A stretch of 64,000 nt of DNA from Candidatus Binatia bacterium (lineage in GTDB: Bacteria > Desulfobacterota > Binatia > Bin18). Position numbers and translations under genes: made by a program. Location of the stretch: positions 64,001-128,000 of the forward strand of contig CAXXHG010000047.1 of NCBI GenBank assembly GCA_963666315.2, written 5' to 3'. This document shows positions 59,759 through 64,000 of this stretch, one piece after another. Below the pieces are notes generated by a model. It was given only the letters and a program-made list of their open reading frames with translations, did no database searches and was not told the DNA's origin. Every line of letters starts with the position of its first letter. The stretch's first letter is position 1.

Positions 59759-61372
59759 TTACGATGGTGCAATCAAAAATGATGCGAGGTAGCGCTCAAG
59801 CAAGGCGTATTCGTCGATGTTGCACCGAAAACCGATATATCCATCCGGGCGCACCAAGACAAACTCGCCGTTGGCCGACACGTTCAGAGTGTGTGCGACC
59901 TTGCCCTCCGGATCTGCTATCGGCAGCAAGGCGGGCCACGGATGGGGCACGGTGGGTGCGATCAACTCGAATTTTACGCAGGCAGCGTAGCCTGCTTGAA
60001 TCGCACTCAGGGCGGCGGCGGCGTCAGCTAATTGCTCATCTTGTGCCTGTCCCAACACGCTCAGGAGGGTAAAGCGGGTGTGGCTAAACAGTTGGTGCAA
60101 GCGCAGATGCTCGGAAATGGCCACATCGGGGGCGCGGTCACCGATAGCCGGATCCCAGTGGGTTGCAGTGCCTGCCGGCAACTCGATAAGTCCGCGGTAG
60201 TTATAGCTGAGTCCGGATATGCGGGCCACGGCATTGTCCTGCCAATTCTCGCTCTGGGTAAGCGCCATGCGGTCTGCCAAGCCCTGGCCGTGGGCGAGAA
60301 TAATTTCATGCACGGCTGAGCTGCCTTCGATCACTTGATCGGTCACGGGCTCGCGTTCGCGCTCATAGGTGTCGAGTAACGCAGGCTTTGCATACCCTTG
60401 AATCACCAAAGCGATTTTCCATGCCAGGTTGTAGGCATCTTGGATGCACACATTCCAGCCTTGGCCGCCGGCGACCGAGTGCACGTGCGCCGATTCCCCA
60501 CACAGAAAGACATGGCCTTTGCGGTAGGCGTCGGCTTTGCGGATCCAGATCTCCCAGGTTGTTTTCCATTCCGGCTCGCCGATTTTTACGGCAGGCAGAT
60601 GGTCTGCGACTATCGGGCCGACGTGATCTTCTTGCGCAAATTCTCCGCTATCCCCCTGGCTGCTGACCAGCACGCGATGATTGGGGCCGGCCAGCTTGCC
60701 GATCATGAGGAAGGTATCTTTGGCGATATAGTAATGCAGCATATGATCCGAGCCCTCGAAATTCTCAAGCTCGGCGTCAACCATCTGCATGACCAGGCCC
60801 TCATATTCCGAGCCCTCATACTTGAATCCCAGGCATTCGCGAGTGGGACTATGCAGGCCGTCACACGCGATCACCCAATCCGGCTTGATGATCTCTTCGC
60901 TCTCGCTGTCCCCCGTCTTGTGCGTCTCGTGATTGACGCTCACCGTCACCGTGCCGTCGGCGCTCTCCTCGATATTGGTGAGTTCCGTACTCCACTCGAT
61001 GGGCAAACCCAGATCGTGTTCCAGATGATCGCGTAAAACCTTTTCGGTCTCATTTTGATTAAACATGCACACGAACGGATAGCGCGTAGGCAAGCGCGTG
61101 TAGTCCAAGCCGGCTTTCATATCGCTGCCCTTGAAATTAAAGACATACCCGTCGTTTCTGACACCGCCATGTAAAAAGCGCCCGACTATGCCGATGTCTT
61201 CGAGCATCTCCAGCGTTCGGGCATGTACGGTAATCGCGCGCGAGGTGTCGGACGGGCCGGGCCGTCTCTCGATAATGCGGCACTAAATGCCGCGCCGGCG
61301 TAGCTCGATGGCAGTCCCGAAACCCGTGGGTCCTGCCCCCACGACGAGAACTTGTGGATGGTTATCGTTCAT
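59759..61372 (-). pseudogene. FAD-dependent phenol monooxygenase, PcpB-like, with an in-frame TAG at codon 30
   Basis: ATG at 61372: VLVVGAGPTG...RRGI*CRIIER...HARTLEM, in frame with the 482-aa ORF. Motifs CDG, GESAHVHS and QDAYNLAWK. Confidence 0.85.
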
Positions 61373-61394
61373 ATTTATACCTGTTATATCGCAA

Positions 61395-62450
61395 TCAGAG
61401 ATTCCGGACATGCGGCAGCACGTGCTTGGCGAAACGTTCGAGTGACCGCAAAATCTTGTCCTGCCTCATGCCCCCGAAGTTCACTTCAAGCAGCATATAG
61501 GTGAGGCCCAAGCCGTCCTTGATGTTCTTGATGCGTTGCACGCAGCGCTCGGGGCTGCCAAAGATCAGTCCATCGCCTTTGTCCATAATGTCATAGCTGA
61601 GCTGGGCGAAGATGTCGCCGAGTCCTTTGCCATATGCCTTATACTGTGCGGACTGCCACGGTTTATCCAGACCGGCGAAGAACTTGAGATAGCGATCTAA
61701 TTCTGTTTCGGCTTCACGCCGCGCCTGGCCGTCGTCTTCGGCTATATACATGTGGTAGGCGCCCTGTACTTCTCGTTGGGCCGGATCGTATCCGTTGTCG
61801 ACTAAGGTTTGCCGATATAAATCGACCCGCTCGCGCAGCGGTCCAAAGGTCGGATAAGCGAACGGCACGAGCATGATGTTATAGCCGCGCTCTCCAGTCC
61901 ACATGAACGACTCGGGTGACGCCACGGCAGCGGCCCAGATGGGTGGGTGGGGTTGCTGCACCGGCGTGGGCAGGGTTTTGACCGGCTCGATGTTGAAATG
62001 GGTGCCGGCATACTCGACCTCGCCCTGGGTCCAGGCTTGGAGAATGATATCCAGGGCTTCATGGTAGCGGCCTTGGCTGTGGTCGGGGTTGACCCCGAAC
62101 AGGTCGTACTCGTGGCGCAGAATACCCCGGCCGATACCGAAATCGAGCCGTCCGCCGCTGAGAACATCCAGCATCGCATATTCCTCGGCCGTCTTGATCG
62201 GATGCGTCAGGGGTAACAGCGTCACCCCAGTCCCAAAGCGTATGCGCTTAGTGCGCTGTGCGGCTGCGGCGGCAAAGATAGGCGGTGAGGGAAACGCATA
62301 GCCGCCGACGTAGTGCTCGGCAAACCAAACGCCATCGATGCCGATTTCTTCACACAGATCGATTTGCTCTAATATCTCACCGTAGTAATGGCTGGACGAT
62401 TTGTGGCGTTCTTCGTAGTAGTCGGGAATATACAAAACACCGAATTTCAT
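61395..62450 (-). CDS. LLM-class flavin-dependent oxidoreductase
   Basis: VWFAEH, AEEYAMLDVLSGGRLDFGIGRG and SLERFAKHVLP motifs. Confidence 0.9.
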   Translation of the reverse strand: MKFGVLYIPDYYEERHKSSSHYYGEILEQIDLCEEIGIDGVWFAEHYVGGYAFPSPPIFAAAAAQRTKRIRFGTGVTLLPLTHPIKTAEEYAMLDVLSGGRLDFGIGRGILRHEYDLFGVNPDHSQGRYHEALDIILQAWTQGEVEYAGTHFNIEPVKTLPTPVQQPHPPIWAAAVASPESFMWTGERGYNIMLVPFAYPTFGPLRERVDLYRQTLVDNGYDPAQREVQGAYHMYIAEDDGQARREAETELDRYLKFFAGLDKPWQSAQYKAYGKGLGDIFAQLSYDIMDKGDGLIFGSPERCVQRIKNIKDGLGLTYMLLEVNFGGMRQDKILRSLERFAKHVLPHVRNL

Positions 62451-62487
62451 TGTGTCTTCCTTGTGATGCGCCTACGTTTACAGATTT

Positions 62488-63549
62488 TTACGGACCTTGC
62501 GGCCGCCGGCCATGAAAGGCGTTGTCCAGCAGCGTTCGGATCGACTCCTGGTTGAACGGACGTGGATTATAGTATGGGTTTTGGGTGGCGAGCTGCGCGG
62601 CGCGATCCAAATCCGCCTCTTGCAAACCCAGGTCTTTGAGCGCGACTGGAATCTGCAACGTCACGGCCAGGTCGTAGAGTCCTTGCGCGGCGTCTTCCGT
62701 GCCCAGCGCGCGGGCTACGCGCGCGTGCGCGTCCGCTGCGGCCGGAAAATTAAACGCTGCGGCATGGGGCAGAACTATCGTATGGGTTTCTGCATGGGGC
62801 AGATTAAACGTCCCGCCTAACGTGTGACACAGCTTGTGGTGCAGGGCCATGCCCACTGATCCCAAGGTCACTCCGGCCAGCCAGGCTCCGTACAGGGCCT
62901 GCGCTCGGACGTCAATATCTTGGGACGCCTCCCTAAGCTGAGGCAGGCTGTTGGCCAAGGCGCGAATGCTTTCTTCCGCCATAAGCGACGCAATCGGATT
63001 GGCATCTTCGGCGTATAGTCCCTCAACACTATGCGCGATAGCATTCATGCCGCTCGTCCCCGACAGCTGAGTGGGTAAGCTGAGGGTCAGCGTTGGGTCG
63101 TAAATAACAGTCCGAGGCCGGATGCGCTCATTTCTTCCCGTTTGTTTGACACCCTCGGCCGTCAGTCCCCAGATCGGCGTCATCTCAGAGCCGGCATACG
63201 TAGTCGGAATGGCAATAAAAGGAAAGTCGAGTTTCAGGGCGATGGCTTTGCCCAAACCGGTTGTTGATCCTCCGCCTATGGCGACACCGCCATCGATGTC
63301 CGCGTCTTTGACCACCTGTATGGCTGCGCTTTGGGTGGCAACCGGCACGTGCATGACCGCCTGGTCAAAGATGGTCACGGCCCGTGAACCTATGAGGGTG
63401 GCAACCCGCTGTCCCTGATCCTGCTGTTCCGGCGTGGACAGGATGACCACCCGGGATAAGCCGAGTCGGTCCAGCTCATCAGGCAGTTGGTCGAGACTGC
63501 CCGCGCCAAAGACTACGCGGCTGGTCAGCATCTCACACGTGAATTTCAT
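62488..63549 (-). CDS. Maleylacetate reductase (iron-ADH family)
   Basis: RVVFGAGS, AVMHVP, GGGSTTGLGKAIA, PTTYAGSEMT and MALHHKLCHTLGGTFNLPHAETH motifs. Confidence 0.93.
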   Translation of the reverse strand: MKFTCEMLTSRVVFGAGSLDQLPDELDRLGLSRVVILSTPEQQDQGQRVATLIGSRAVTIFDQAVMHVPVATQSAAIQVVKDADIDGGVAIGGGSTTGLGKAIALKLDFPFIAIPTTYAGSEMTPIWGLTAEGVKQTGRNERIRPRTVIYDPTLTLSLPTQLSGTSGMNAIAHSVEGLYAEDANPIASLMAEESIRALANSLPQLREASQDIDVRAQALYGAWLAGVTLGSVGMALHHKLCHTLGGTFNLPHAETHTIVLPHAAAFNFPAAADAHARVARALGTEDAAQGLYDLAVTLQIPVALKDLGLQEADLDRAAQLATQNPYYNPRPFNQESIRTLLDNAFHGRRPQGP

Positions 63550-63934
63550 GACGGTCTCTCCTCGCTGATGCGGATCTGATCCGGATCATGCCGTTGTGTT
63601 GGCTGACTGGGACCAGATCGAGGGAGGCAGCTCTGCACGGTCCGTCGATGCAATAACCATCGTCATACTGGAACAGGGCGGTATGGTTGGCACACATAAT
63701 CAGGCTGTGATTTGAGGTCACAAAACGATCCTGCTGTACGTTGATGGGAATAGAAAAATGCGGACAGCGATTGGGATAGCCCCAGACCTCTGCTCCGCGC
63801 CGCACCACAAACATCCGAAACGCGTGGTAGCCGCTACCAAAGACAAACTCCTTACCCTGTCCATCGGGGATATCGTGCAGCTGACACAGAGGGGTGCCCA
63901 GGGCGGGGGCATTACGCTGTGTTTGCCATTCCAT
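63533..63934 (-). CDS. Rieske (2Fe-2S) ferredoxin-like protein
   Basis: NRCPH...IMCANHTALF...G.CIDGPC motifs. Confidence 0.9.
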   Translation of the reverse strand: MEWQTQRNAPALGTPLCQLHDIPDGQGKEFVFGSGYHAFRMFVVRRGAEVWGYPNRCPHFSIPINVQQDRFVTSNHSLIMCANHTALFQYDDGYCIDGPCRAASLDLVPVSQHNGMIRIRSASARRDRHEIHV

Positions 63935-63947
63935 AATGACAGCTCAA

Positions 63948-64000
63948 TTACAGATCGATGGGATACGGCGAGAGTTCGCCGCTGTCATATCGGTCGGGCA
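63948..64000 (-). CDS. 3' end of an upstream gene of the same operon (unidentified)
   Basis: ...PDRYDSGELSPYPIDL* stops 14 nt before the Rieske start codon. Confidence 0.45.
   Translation of the reverse strand, partial: PDRYDSGELSPYPIDL

Noticed and set aside
63948-64000. Assigning the edge gene as a hydroquinone dioxygenase
   Set aside because: Only about 16 residues are visible; the context is suggestive but insufficient.
1-64000. tRNA, rRNA, prophage or integrase genes
   Set aside because: None recognised by eye; a tRNAscan/Rfam run would be needed to exclude small RNAs.

Overview
A 64-kb, moderately GC-rich bacterial chromosomal segment with no rRNA, tRNA, CRISPR array or prophage. The enzyme repertoire resembles Ca. 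Binatia / Entotheonella-like deltaproteobacterial lineages, but that is inference only. It is mostly catabolic genes: three xanthine-dehydrogenase-family Mo subunits (one with its FAD and 2Fe-2S partners), three luciferase-like (LLM) oxidoreductases, a class III CoA-transferase, hydantoinase/oxoprolinase A+B and two amidohydrolases. It also holds a complete Mrp Na+/H+ antiporter operon (fused A-B, then C-G) and SppA. Four things stand out. (1) At the right edge is a phenol-degradation cluster: Rieske protein, maleylacetate reductase, LLM enzyme and a flavoprotein with motifs recalled from pentachlorophenol 4-monooxygenase PcpB, which carries an in-frame TAG. (2) A 2031-aa membrane Ser/Thr kinase next to a PP2C phosphatase is built from about 19 Ala-rich helical repeats on both sides of the membrane, with recent DNA-level duplications. 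(3) A 2.3-kb island bounded by a 44-bp direct repeat contains an attC-like 59-bp element, a decayed DUF3800-like cassette, toxin/antitoxin fragments that end at GTAG REP palindromes, and a RAYT pseudogene. (4) Gene fragments, chimeric junctions and several REP-like repeat families are widespread. All family assignments come from motif recognition and recall; no database searches were run.
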